From: the human T2T-CHM13v2.0 reference genome, Homo sapiens
Assembly (NCBI RefSeq): GCF_009914755.1
Contig: NC_060926.1
Reading direction: 5' to 3' (one strand)
DNA: 64,000 bases
Shown here: positions 38,571-51,959 of the stretch, one piece after another
Numbering within the stretch: position 1 is the first letter of the stretch
How the letters are laid out: every line of letters starts with the position of its first letter
Position numbers and translations under genes: made by a program
The notes under the pieces: model-generated
What the model was told of the DNA's origin: nothing
Database searches by the model: none
The model's input: only the letters and a program-made list of their open reading frames with translations

Positions 38571-39613
38571 AGCTCAGTCTAGGATGTCATTTTTGTTTCT
38601 GAGATAGGCTCGGGAGTTATATTGCAACCCAGGGTTTTCATAGAGCAGAGTGATGAACTGGCCCCATTTCATGAGGAATATAGAGAAATGGCCACAGATG
38701 GGTATTTGGCTTCACAAAAAAGTTGTGGAGAAAAAAAAGAACACCTCTGTTCTCCCTGTATGTCCTTTTGCATTATGTTTCTAATCTTAATAAAACTTCT
38801 GCCTAGAAAACAGTAATCTTGATTCAAATTGAGCAGAACTATACCAGCCTTGGCCAATAATATGACACTGTGGACATAGGGAGGTAATAGCCTCATTCAG
38901 CATAATTACAATGAAATTCACAGACACATGATCTCTAACAAGCACGTTGGCCATCCTTTCAACTAGTTCTTAGGACACTTAATGTTGGTTAACTGCTACT
39001 TGGGTGAGAGGATGTTTTAGACATCAAATCACTGCTCAGTTCTTCAGCCTAGATGTAAGAGACTCCATTTGGGTCATGCGATAGAGGTGAGTCTTTCTCT
39101 CTGCTAGCACGAATAATCTGGAATTTATATAATTGGCCAATATAAAGCACCTACCTCATAAAAGAAACTCAGTTACATAAGTCAAAAGATACAAAGGTGA
39201 GCAGCTCATTTTTAAATTTTTTAAAAAGTAGTGTTTAATTAGAAACAGAACTCATTTTCAGGATTATAATTAGAGTAGTATAGAAGGGAATAAATCTCTC
39301 CGAAATAAAAATTTCCCTAACTTGCCACCCTTGACACAGTGTCATTCCCTGAAATACAGTTAACAAGTACTTTACAGTTTTTCCAAAAAATGCTTTGGCA
39401 TGTATGTGCTGTGTATAAATATACATACATATTTATATACATATATACATATACATATATATTCAAAATAAACCTATTTTGTGTACATTAGACCAAAGTA
39501 TAATAATATAACATGATAATGTTCTGCATCATTTCTCACTTAACATATTAAACAATATATCTTTAGATACTCCAAAACAGTGCAGAGATTACAATAAAAC
39601 TAAATAGACAAAT

Positions 39614-39984
39614 TGATATGGTTTGCCTGTGTCCCCACCCAAATCTCATTTTGAATTGCAGTTCCCATAATCCCCACGTGTCATGGGAGGGAACGGGTGG
39701 AGATAATTGAATCATGGGGGTGGTTTCCACCATGCTGTTCTGATGATAGTAAGTTCTGATAAGATCTGATGGTTTTATAAGGGTTTTTCCCCTTCACTCA
39801 GCTCTCATTCTTCTCTCTCCTGCCCCCTTGTGAAGGACAAGTTCGCCTCCCCTTCCACCATAATTATAAGTTTCCTGAGGCCTCCCCAACTCCTGCAGAG
39901 CTGTGAGTCAATTAAACTTATTCCCTTTATAAATTACCCAGTCTCAGATATGTCCTTATAGCAGCATGAGAATGGACTAATACA
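39614..39984 (+). mobile_element. THE1D-type MaLR solo LTR within an old L1M(-) remnant (~39260-40230)
   Basis: 'tgatatggtttgcctgtgtccccacccaaatctc...gaatggactaataca'; TSD caaat/ccaat. Confidence 0.9.
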
Positions 39985-41494
39985 CCAATGAATGGCTATA
40001 CCAAAGAAACTTAGCCAGTTTCTACTGAAGGATATTTATGTCCTTTACAACAACACTGTAGGGAATATTCCCACTTATATCTTTGTACTCTCATACAAAA
40101 AATATCTGTATGATGAATTTCTATTAGAGGAATTACTGGGTCAAAGAGTATCTTTGTTCTAACTGGAAAAGTTATTATTAAACTGCCTACCAAATATGTT
40201 TTACCAGTTATGCTATTTATGTGCAAAAATGGTTGGCAAGCAACTACATAAAAAGCTTTTTAATAACAAAAATATGTGCATTATTAAAAATATTAAATAA
40301 CACAGAAGAGGTCACAATGAAAACAAACTTTTTTAGAACTACATTTGCAGTCCTCTCCAAAGAGGAATTAAATTTTAACTCTTTTAATTTTCTCTGTTCT
40401 AAATTATTCTGGCAAATTCCTCCATATGTCTAAATTATATTTTACTAATATCATTGACTAATTAATTTTAGATATTATGCAATTCACTCCTGCTATAGCA
40501 AATGGGAATTTGGCTCAGTCACATGATTACCAACTTCTCCTCAATTGGTTTCTTGCAACACTGAATGATTATAACAAGTGCTTTTGTAACTTTGTGCAGT
40601 ATACATAAAATCTTATTTATAGTTTCATGAAATATAGACAATTTCTCTTGAAGGCTCCCTATCAGATTGAAGACACTTCCTTCTTCCTCTCTTTCTAGCC
40701 CATCTACTGCCCATACACCGGATTTTTAATTTTATCTTCATATTAAGATACATAACATGCATATTCTATTCTGTAATTAATTTAAGCCTTCTATATTTTA
40801 TTCATAGGCTAATTTTAATGTTGAAAATTAACAAATGCTTTACATTACTGTGAATATGAACATACGGTTTACTATACAGACAAAGACTATATTAAGATTA
40901 TATTTCCTTTTGTATTGATTTTACTTTATTTTCTCTTTACTATATCGTGGTTTTTTTCTAAACTTTTGTCCTTTCTTTCTATACATTTTTGGAGTACATG
41001 ACACTTCAGTCAAAATATCCAAAAGAAAATACAAAAATAGCACATACAAATAAAAATACAAAAGCAACAATCTAGATGCCCAGGGATATTTAAATAGTGT
41101 AATTATGTGCGTGTGTGTGCATGTGTGTGTGCGTCCATGTGTGTGCAAACTATAAAATACTGTACAGAAGTCAATAATAAAATTAACCAGTCTTACACAC
41201 ATGCACATATTATTTACACAATTTATATAATACTTATGAGTAGTCACCACCCATGTCAAAGTTTAAAGCATATGCAACACCCCTCATAGCCCTTCTCATT
41301 CGATAATATCCCTCAGTATCCTCTTATCGCCTTAGACTAGCTTTGCCTGTCTTGAATTTCCAAGAATAAAATCTTGTACTATGATCATTATGCATCTAGC
41401 TACTTTTACTCATTATTATGGCCATAACATATATCTATGTTGCTACATATAACTATAGTTTGTTCTTTTTATCTGTAAGTATTATTCCACTGTT

Positions 41495-41663
41495 TTTATT
41501 TATTTATTAGTTTGTTTATTTTATCTTTTAGAGTCAGGGTCTTTTTCCGTTGCTCAGCCTGGAGTGCAGTGGCATACAGGCTTGAGCTCCTGGGCTGAAA
41601 CAATCCTCCTACCTCAATCTCCCAAAGCTCTGGGATTACGGGCCTGAGCTACTGTACTTGGCC
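41495..41663 (-). mobile_element. FLAM/FAM-type Alu monomer
   Basis: Monomer with degenerate T-tract; TSD tatt[c/t]ca[c/t]tgttttta. Confidence 0.85.
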
Positions 41664-42166
41664 TATTTCATTGTTTTTAAATTGCAGAATGTATCCACTC
41701 ACTCTGATGAAATTTTAGGTTCTTTGTAGTGTTTCCCTATCATAAATAATGCTGTTAGGAACATTCTTGTACATGTTCTTTTGTAGATGTAGGGATATTC
41801 CTGGGAGTATGATTGGTAGATTATAAATTACTTATATCTTTAGCTTACTGTAATAGATATTATCAAACTTTTATGCAAATAATCCCACCAGCTGTGTACG
41901 AAACTTCCAGTTGTTCCAGTTTCAGCTATACCTGGTATTGGCAGACTTTTTAATTTTAGCCATTCTAGTAGATGTAAAGTGTTACATTTGTGTTTTAATT
42001 TGAATTTTCCTTATAGGTAGATATTCTAAGCGTCTATTGATTATTTGTATACTCTCTGTTTTTTGCTTATTTTAAATGAGGTTGCTGACCTTTTACTTTT
42101 TGACTTATAAGAGGACTTCTACATTCTGAATATAGGTCTTTTGTTAGATAATTGTAGTCTAAATAT

Positions 42167-42535
42167 TGTATTGTTCTGCTTGCACTGCCGTAACAGAAAA
42201 CCACAGACTTGGTGGCTTAAACAACAGAAATTTATTTTCTCATGGTGCTGGAGGCTTGAAGTCTAAGGTCAAGGTGCAGGGACGCCTTGTTCCTTTCTTC
42301 CTGGCTTACAGTTGTCACCTTCTCACTAGGTGCTCACACAGTATTTTATCTGTGCAAGCACACTCTTGCTGTCCTACTTTCTACATGGATACCAGTTCTA
42401 TCATATTGGGGCTCAACCCTGATGACCACATTTAATCTTAATTTTCCCTTCAAAGACCCTGTTTCCAAGTACAGTCATATAGAGTTTAAGACTTCAATTC
42501 ACGAATTTTGGGAAGATCCAATTTTATCCATAACA
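42167..42535 (-). mobile_element. MLT1B-like MaLR solo LTR
   Basis: 'taacagaaaaccacagacttggtggcttaaacaacagaaatttatt...aaagaccctgtttccaagtacagtca...ccataaca'. Confidence 0.85.
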
Positions 42536-45182
42536 ATTATTTTCAAGTCCATGTTTTGCCTTTTTTACCCGGTTAATGGTGTCTTTAATAGGATTTCTGA
42601 ATTTTAACTAAGTTTATCATTTTTAATTATTGGTGTTATTTGTATTTTGTTTAAATAATCTTTGCCTTCCCAAATCTCCTTAAAGTATTACTCACTGTTT
42701 CTTCTAAAAGTTTTATTGTCTTACCATTCACATTTAGTCTACCATCTATATTGAATTTATTTTTTACTATAGTGTCAAGTGGAGGTTATTTGTATACATA
42801 TAAATAACCAATTAATAAAGCATTAGTTATTGAAAAGGCTATTCTTTCCCTTATAGATTCACAATATTGCCTTAGTCAAAAAATTAATTTTTTTTCTAGT
42901 TTTATACCTGTTTTATGCCATATATTAAATCAAAATAAAATTATTTTAAAAATCCATGTCTCCATTTATCATCATAGAAAAATATCCAATCTTTTGCATC
43001 AAAAGATTAAAGAGAAGACTAAAATAAACAGCATTATATCACCTATATAAATGGGAAAGTCGCTTCACTAAATAATGGCACAGATAATTCATCATTAATC
43101 ACGTTTTATGCACACATACACACGTACAAAGTAACACAAGCATTCCAAGAAAGGGATACAATTGAAACATAAGACTGACTGTATTTAAATATTCAATGTA
43201 TAGAGAAATGAGCTTAGGGTTAAAGTGTAATAAAAATCAACAATAAAATACGTAAAATAACAATATACATGATTATGATGAACTTTAAATTGAGAATGTG
43301 ATTGATACTTAGTAAATTCTGTCTTGGAGAATCCTAAGCAGAAATGATTTCTTTAAAAATTTGTATGGAATATCTAGAGTTGTTGCACATCTTAACATAT
43401 ATTAATTATACCCTCCTATGTGAGTGAAAATTTTGAGTGGGTATAGAATTGAATGTTATATAATGGTTTTCTATAGTACTGTGAGGGGATTAATCTACTG
43501 ACTTCTAGCATCTGATGTTGCAGGTAATGTGTTTATACTGGCCGGATTCTTTTTCTCTTATAGATTGTATTTCAGTTGAGTTATTTCATTTGTTTTGTTT
43601 GTTTGATTTTTGGTAACTTTTTCATTTGCTTGCTTGCTGGTTTAAGTTCTAGATGTTTTGGTTTTCAAAATGATACATCTAGAGGTGGCCTTTTTCAATA
43701 CTGTCTGGGGACTTCAATTGTCCTTTAACTCTTGAACATTATCTTATATTATATCTGTCAATACTCTTCTCAATATTCTATCTCTCTCTTGTTTCAGAAC
43801 TCAGATTTGTGATTTGGGACTTTAAGAACTGATGCAGTCTCTTTTTCTTAAACTGTGTATTTTTTTTTTTTTCTGAGTAGTGGTAAATGCTTCCTTTACC
43901 TTTCTGCTAATAACACTATCAATATCCCAAAAGCCTTTTGTTATTTGAAAACTCACACAGGGGAAATGCTTGTATTCTTTTTTGTTCCATTTTGTCTTAC
44001 TATGTTTCCTGCTGATATGACCACATTTTCTATGTAATCATAATTAAGAGAGTTAATATATGTGACTCAAATGATACAGGTTAGGCACCCAATAAGTGTT
44101 AGTTGAATTTCTGAACAAAGATATGCATACTGCATTTAACAATTCTTCATATTTTGTGTATGCATATAAACCTATTTGTCTCTAAAGTAGTTCCAAAATA
44201 ATGTTAAAGTATGTTTATCAATGTTTTACATGTATATACAGATAGAGATACACAGAGAGAGAGAATTGGTATGATTAAACGCATATATACGTACACATGC
44301 CACTAAAGGATGGTACAGTACCAGTATATAATTTCCCTGTACTTTGATTGTAATCTTATACTCAGCCAATTACAGCTAACCCAGTGGACTGTACTGTAAA
44401 CTCTCAGTCATTGGGTACCAATAATAGTCTCTGTCTACAAGCTGTTTCCCATAATATCCTATTTGAGTATATACTATAAAATATATGTGTGGCTTATTCC
44501 ATTGTGAGCTCTCATTCTGCCATGTATTCAGTGTCCTAGCAAAGACTTTGACCCATTAAGATTGACAAAGCACATAAAAAGAAACCCAGAAAGAATATTG
44601 TTCTTGATTTTCAAATGCAAATATTATAGCACTTTAAGTGAAAGAACAAAGAAGCTACAGATTAAATGAGAGCTAAGTAGGATCGTGGGAAGAAATTCAA
44701 TGTTATAAAGACGGCTATAAACTTCTCTGGAACCTAAAAGGGATGTCCAATTCTTGTGTGAATCACAGTCAGAAATAGCTTTGGCTGGCTCTCAAAAAAT
44801 AATTTTTAAAATGCAAGGATAACTGTCAATATATGAAGTCAGAAATACACCTCCAGAGAAGCCATGCATATCTTTGATTCAGTTAGTTCTCTCACTACCA
44901 GTATCCCTTCTCCATTTGCAAAGCAGAGTGTATGTGAAAAAGTCCTAGTAGAAAAGCCAAAATATACTGTACTTAATATCTAGGGCTATTATTCATGAAC
45001 TGTAAGCTTAGGCATCTGATTATTGGACATGTGCTAGGTAATATAAAGTCTTCATAATTTATATCTCTCCATGTTAATTACACACGTGCACACATACCCT
45101 GTATACCACATAGGTCTTTTTTTCTATCTGTGGATGCTATTCTATCAAGCAATTTAGCATTTAACGGAAATGTAAAAGTTGT

Positions 45183-45494
45183 GGCCGAGTGAGGTGGCTC
45201 ACGCCTCTAATCCCAGCACTTTGGGAGGCCGAGGCAGGCAGATCACGGGGTCAGGAGTTCGAGACCAGTCTGACCAACATAGTGAAACCCCATCTCTACT
45301 AAAAATACAAAAAATTAGCCGAGTGTGGTGGTGTGACCTGTAATCCCAACTACTCGAGAGGCTGAGGCAGGAGAATCACGTGAACCCAGGAGTCGGAAGT
45401 TGAAATGAGCTGAGATTGTGCCATTGCACTGCAGCCCAGACGACGGTGTGAGACTCCGTCTCAAAAAAAATAATAATAAAATAAAATAAAATAA
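45183..45494 (+). mobile_element. AluSg-like
   Basis: Full dimer; TSD aaaagttgt. Confidence 0.95.
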
Positions 45495-45689
45495 AAAGTT
45501 GTGAGCTGGATTATGCATGTGCTAATGAGCAAAGCGTAAATGCCAATGTGCTCAACTAGTAAAAAAGTATAAAGTTATAGGGATTAAATAGGGTAGAATC
45601 TATGATAATGGCAAGGGGGCACTTACAATAATAGAATTCAAAGTAATCCTAGAAATCACAGATTCCAGCGGCAAAATATTAAATATAAA

Positions 45690-46130
45690 AATGAGCAGTT
45701 TTTCTGAAGAGATGAGAAAATTAGCTAATTTTTTAAAGTCCATGTTTCACAGGAAATAAGAAGAAAATAAAAACTGGAGACAGTATAAGAATCTATGAAA
45801 GCAAGGCTGGCAAAGAAAATGAAGTTTACAGAATTGGAAAGAAATGAAAAAATAACTACTGACGAGAACTCATCAGGGAATACTTTTTGAAAAATGTGAA
45901 CATACATAAACCAGCAGGACCAAAGAAAATGGATCCTTCGGTGTTGAGGGAATTGACTAATGAACTTCCCAGAACAGTCACAATTGTAGCTGGAAAGTCA
46001 TGGAGCACTACAGAGAGCCAGAAAATTGGAAAACAACAAGAAATGTGGCATCGTTTACTGAAAATGGGGAAGCATTGTTCTATCATGTACCTCCCAAGAA
46101 GCTGAATGCCGACACTTTAAAAAACAAAGT
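45690..46130 (+). mobile_element. CR1/L3 LINE ORF2 (pre-RT) remnant
   Basis: NIHKPAGPKKMDPSVLRELTNELPRTVTIVAGKSWST resembles the CR1 motif [35 protein letters not shown]. Confidence 0.75.
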
Positions 46131-46444
46131 AGACTATTAAAGCTGCCCTACTTGTGTTCCTCCAGGGCAAGCACTTTAGTGTGTGTGGTATATGACTCAA
46201 TTTGCAGGGCAAGGGGAAACTCCATAAATAATATTTGCTGAAGAGTATAATTGAGTCACATTCAACATAACCTACTTGGCAAATCCGTGTGCTTCTCCCA
46301 CAAAATCATAGAGCAGATATATAACAGATATTAAAAGCTCCATGGTTAAACATTCTTGATATTGACAGTATAGAATAATTGAGCAAGAAAAAGGTTGATT
46401 TTTCAATGAAGATGGATAGAGGAAATGGATTTAATTTCATTTTT

Positions 46445-46720
46445 GCATAGAGCTCCCCCAGGATTAGATGGGAGACAGAACTGGATTTGAATCCGAGATC
46501 CCCCAGTTTATTTTTTGACTAAAGAAATTGATAGAATCTGAGTCGCAGGTGTTCATCTAGAAAATGTCTAACAATACAGATTATTTATGTATTTACACGT
46601 GAATTTTTTGGTAAAATAAATAAGACAGCCACCGTGAAAATTAAAATGTAATAACATGAAAACAAACCAATTACATAGAACAAAACCTGTGAAAATAGCA
46701 GGGGTTCAATACAATTTAGT
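46445..46720 (+). mobile_element. MIR
   Basis: 'gggagacagaactggatttgaatccgagatccccc...ttcatctagaaaatg'. Confidence 0.55.
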
Positions 46721-47012
46721 TTCTTTCCCTATTTCGGATATAACATCCTTCAACTCTCTTTAGCACAGCAGTTAAATTTTGAAAATTAATGGATAGGAGA
46801 TACCTAATTTCCTATATTCATATTCATTAGATTAAAACAAGGATCTCTACAGGAAAACAAATGTTTAGCCTCTTGGTAAAATATTACATAAACTTTGAAT
46901 TTGAATACGTCTTTTATTCACCATAGAGAAACCTAAATTTCTAAATGTGGGGTTTTTGTTTTTTTGTTTTTTACTTCTTTTATACTATTGGACTTGAGAG
47001 AGATTAGAAGAT

Positions 47013-49311
47013 TGTATTAGTCCGTTTTCATGCTCCTGATAAAGACATTGCCGAGACTGGGCCCAAAAAGAGGTTTAATTGGACTTACAGTTCTACATGG
47101 CTGGGGAGGCCTCAGAATCATGGTGGCAGGTGAAAGGCACTTCTTACATGGTGGTAGCAAGAGAAAATGAGAAGAAAGCAAAAGCAGAAACCCCTGATCA
47201 ACCCATCAGATCTTCTGAGACTTATTCACTATCATGATAATGGCAGGGGAAAGACCAGTCCCCCCCATGATTCAATTACCTCCCCCTGGATCCCTCCCAC
47301 AACATGTGAGAATTCTGGGAGATACAACTAAAGTTGAGATTTGGTCAGAACACAGCCAAATCATATCATTACGCCCCTGGCCCCTCCAAATCTCATGTCC
47401 TCATATTTCAAAACCAACCATGTCTTCCCAATAGTCCCACAAAGTCTTAACTCACTTCAGCATTAACCCCAAAGTCCACAGTCCAAAGTCTCATCTGAGA
47501 CAAGGCAAGTCACTTCTGCCTATCAGCCTGGAAAATCAAAAGCAAGCTAGTTACTTCTTAGACACAATGGATGTATAGGCATTGGGTACAGCTATTCCAA
47601 ACGGGAGACAATGGCCAAAACAAAGGGGTTACAGGGACCATGCAGGTCCAAAATCCAGAGGAGTAGTCACACTTTAAAGCTCCAAAATGATCTCCCTTAA
47701 CTCCAGCTCTCAAATCCAGGTTTTGCTGATACAACAGGTAAGTTCCCATGGTCTTGGGCAGCTCTGCCCCTGTGGCTTTCCAGGATACAGCCTCCCCGCT
47801 GGCTGCTTTCATGGGCTGACATTGAGTGTCTGCAGTTTTTCCAGGTGCATGATTCAAACTTTTGGTGGATCTACTATTCTGGAGTCTGGAGGATAATAGC
47901 CCTCTTCTCACAGCTCCACTAGGCAGCACCCTACTAGGGACTCTCTGTGGGGGCTCCAGCCCCACGTTTCCCTTCTGCACAGCCCTAGCAGAGGTTCTCC
48001 ATAAGGCCCCCACTCCTAAAGCAAACTTTTGCCTGGGCATCCAGGCATTTCCATACATTTTCTGAAATCTACGTGGAGGTTAACAAACCCCAATTCTTGA
48101 CTTCTATGCACCCGCAGCCTCAACATCACATGAAAGCTGCCAAGGCTTGGGGCTTCCACCCTGTGAAGCCACAGCTTGAGCTGTACATTGGCCTCTTTCA
48201 GCCATGGCTGGAGCAGCTGGGACACAGGGCACCAAGTCCCTAGGCTGCAAACAGCATGGGGACCCTGGGCCCAGCCCACTAAACCACTTTTTCCTCCTGG
48301 GCCTCCAGGCCTGCAATGGGGCTCCTGGGCCATGGAGGTCCCTGACATGGCCTGGAGACATTTTCTCCGTGGTCTTGGAGATTAACATTAGGCTCCTTGC
48401 TACTTATGCAAATTTCTGCAGCTGGCTTTAATTTCTTCCCAGAAAATGGGTTTTTCTTTTCTATCACATAGCCAGACTGCAAATTTTCTGAACTTTTATG
48501 CTCTGTTTCCCTTTTGAAACTGAATGTCTTTAAAAGTACCCAAGTCACCTCTTGAATGCTTTGCTGCTTAGAAATTTCTTTTGCCAGATACCCTAAATCA
48601 TCTATCTCAAGTTCAAAGTTCTACAGATCTCTAGGGCAGGGGCAAAATGCCACCAGTCTCTTTGCTAACACATAACAAGAGTCACCTTTGCGCCAGTTTG
48701 GGAACTGGAGTTGGGAACAAGTTCCTCATCTCCGTCTGAGACCACCTCAGCCTGGATTTTATTGTCCATATGGCTATCAGCATTTTGGGCAAAGCCATTC
48801 CACAAGTCTGTAGAAAATTCCAAACTTTCCCACATTTTCCTGCCTTCTTCTGAGCCCTTCAAACTGTTCCAACCTCTGCCTGTTACCCAGTTCCAAAGTC
48901 ACTTCCACATTTTTGGGTATCTTTTCAGCAACGCCACACTCTACTGGTACCAATTTATTGTATTAGCCCATTTTCATGCTGCTGATAAAGACATAGCCGA
49001 GACCAGGAAGAAAAAGAAGTTTAATTGAAGGTACAGTGCTACATGACGGGGGAGGCCTCAGAAACATGGTGGGAGGTGAAAGGCACTTCTTACATGGCGA
49101 TGGCAAGAGAAAATGAGAAGGAAGCAAAAGCCAAAACCCCTGATAAATCTATTAGATCTTGTAAGACTTATTCACTATCAGGAGAATAGCACAGGGAAGA
49201 CCAGCCCCCATGATTCAATTACCTCCCCCTGGGTAATTCCCACAACATGTGGGAATGCTGGGAGATACAATTCAAGTTGAGATTTGGTGGGGATATGGCC
49301 AAACCATATCA
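47013..49311 (-). mobile_element. Full-length THE1A MaLR (3' LTR 47013-47368, internal 47369-48958, 5' LTR 48959-49311)
   Basis: Two direct LTRs, polypurine tract, THE1-int ORF remnants (MYGNAWMPRQKFA...), TSD aagat/aagaa. Confidence 0.95.
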
Positions 49312-51448
49312 AAGAATAATATATTTTCATGGAAGCAGAAAAACACAATGATGGGCTGTTTATTACTGCTAAATCATTAAAATTACTGTGCAACCTTTTT
49401 TATTCTCTGTAAAAAATGTGGCAACTTAAATTTGGTCTCTTTGAAATAACGTAAAATACTTACAATTAATTTATAGCATGGATAGACTATATAGAGATGA
49501 TTGAAACTGGGTTATTTATGTGGCTCCCACACAGAAGTTGTGTTTACTATCCTCGTTTCTCCACAACTAACCTGAAATTTCTTGTTCTCTACTGTAATTT
49601 TCAATTAGTGTATTAGACACGGGAGATGGAAAGTTTGCATTTCTAATTATACAAATGTGTATTTTTTGTTGTGTTTGAGAATAAAACATTTCAACTCTCC
49701 AACAGAAATATGAATTAATATTTGGTCTTAATGAGAGCAAACCTCCAAAAGTGATTTAAAAACCCTCCCAATCAGCTATTGAGAATTGTAATAACCAATG
49801 ATTGACTGTCCCACAGTTCTGACTGTGGCAGCCACAATCCTGTAACCGAGGCTAAAGGTCATCCAATGCCTAAACATTCCTGCTAGTGAAAACCTACCAA
49901 TTTCTGATAAAATGTTTCCCAAATCCTACATATAAAAGATAAGTAATGTTCTTTGTTCAGAGATATTGTGTAATATCTCAGCACAACTCTCCATTGCTGA
50001 GCAAAAAATAAATAGGTTCTTATTTCCAACTTTGCATGGCAATTTCTTCCTTCCACATCTTTAGACAACAATCAGAAAAATCGAAATTACATCTCAAGTC
50101 ATTTGTAAACAATTTCAATGCCTTTTGAGTCATATTTTGCTATATTCTATTTATATTAACAATTTCAGAGACTGAATCAAAGAAGACTATCTCTCCTGAG
50201 AGACACAGGCAATTTTATAATGTATTTCTTGCTTAAACCTCAAAGAAATATTTTGTAGACTACTGGTGAGTTCACATCTACTTACATTCAAAAGATAATC
50301 TATAATACAATAATTATAGTTGTTTACTATTTTATAAAATGGAACAGGAAGTTAATTTGTTCAGAAAGGAGTTTTATATGTATGGTACTGCTGCATTCTT
50401 GGGTTTATCACCTAACTCTACCTGTATGAAGGTAAATACCAGCATCTAATCTCATCTTCTTAAAACTGTATATGCTAAATAGCATCGTCAATTCTCCTAA
50501 GGTAATTATGAAAGCATTTGTCATTATTCAAGCTACTAGAATATCTACATCATAAGATTTATTGTTTACTCAGCTAATTTATATAGAAACTTTTATGCTG
50601 GTGGTTGCTCCACATGATAGAAAAGCAAACACAGCCCACCAAAAAAATTCCTTTATGACATAATTATGATATTCTATTAAACTGTCTTAGTGGCACTCTG
50701 AGTCCTGGAGAACAATTTACCAATCATTAAAATATTCTAAATCCAGACTGTTCTACTTCTGTCTATCACATTCTGAGATTCTACGTGTTCTCTTAAATTG
50801 TGGTGGTGGGGGAAACTGAGACATACTGGTTTTTATGAATGGACAAATTCAAGAAAGCCCATTTGAGTCTATTACCACCCATTCCAAATAAATCAAACAG
50901 TGTCAGTTAAGGAACTGCTCCTTTAATATAAGCAAGTATTCCTTATTTCAAAATTCTGAAGACTGTTTTTTAAATGAAATGCAGTGTAGCTCTTGTTAAC
51001 AGAAGAAATATGATTCATTTAAATAATACTAGATAGGATTTTCTTTAGAAAGAAATAAAATTCTTTCTAAGAATTATGGTGAGCAACTCTTAAGGAAATG
51101 GGCCTCAGATCCCACTAGTACCATCTGCCCTATTTCCCTGCCTTCCCTAAAGAAACTAGAGCTCACTCCTCAACACTGTATCTGGGAAAACCTGGACTGC
51201 GGGAAATCTGTTCTTCTTCACCAGGCTTAGTGCAAACAGAGTTTGCAAAGCACAGAGACCAAGGGCCTGCACTGTATTCTCATGCAAAGAATAAAAGAAT
51301 TTCCTGGGGGAAGAAGTTGAGACATTTCATTGAAGGGGCTGGCAGAGAGACCAAGGCAAAATTATAAGGGTTATAATCATATACATGTAAGTATAAAGGA
51401 AACAGCCTCAAAGGATATACTCCAAAGCCTTAAACATTATAAGATCAC

Positions 51449-51748
51449 CGCCGGGCGCAGTGGCTCATGCCGGTAATCCCAGCACTTTGGGAGGCCGATG
51501 CAGGCATGTCACCTGAGATCAGGAGTTCGAGACTAGCCTGACCAACATGGAGAAACCCCATCTCTACTAAAAATACAAAATTAGCTGGGCACGGTGGCGC
51601 ATGCCTGTAATCCCAGCTACTCGGGAGGTTGAGGCAGGAGAATCATTTGAAACCAGGAGCAGAGGGTGCAGTCAGCCAAGATTGCGCCATTGCACTCCAG
51701 CCCAGGCAACAAGAGCGAAACTCTGTCTTCAAAAAAAAAAAAAAAAAA
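51449..51748 (+). mobile_element. AluSp-like
   Basis: 'cctgaccaacatggagaaacccc'; TSD attataagat[c/t]ac. Confidence 0.95.
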
Positions 51749-51959
51749 ATTATAAGATTACTTTCTCTTCAGCATGTGCTGCCCCATCTAACTTGTGTTT
51801 CAAATAAAGTGAGATCGTTAGGAAAAAAATTAAATTTTTATATATCTGTAATATGTTGATTTTGTGACCTTTCATCATTTGAGCTTTATTTTCTTTTTTG
51901 AAACATAAAATTGTTCAACTATCTGGAATATTTCTGTGAATGGCATAACAAAAAACTAT

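Larger units (their letters stand above)
41230..42880 (-). mobile_element. Old L1M fragment hosting a FLAM/FAM monomer and MLT1B
   Basis: 'tataataatgctgttaggaacattcttgtacatg'-type antisense L1 phrases, 'ttttagccattctagtagatgtaaagtg'. Confidence 0.7.

Noticed and set aside
47558-49028. Cluster of ORFs up to 166 aa
   Set aside because: All lie in THE1A internal sequence; fragmented MaLR ORF remnants, not a host gene.
51041-51073. 10-bp hairpin ttagaaagaa/ttctttctaa
   Set aside because: Low-complexity A/T sequence, expected by chance.
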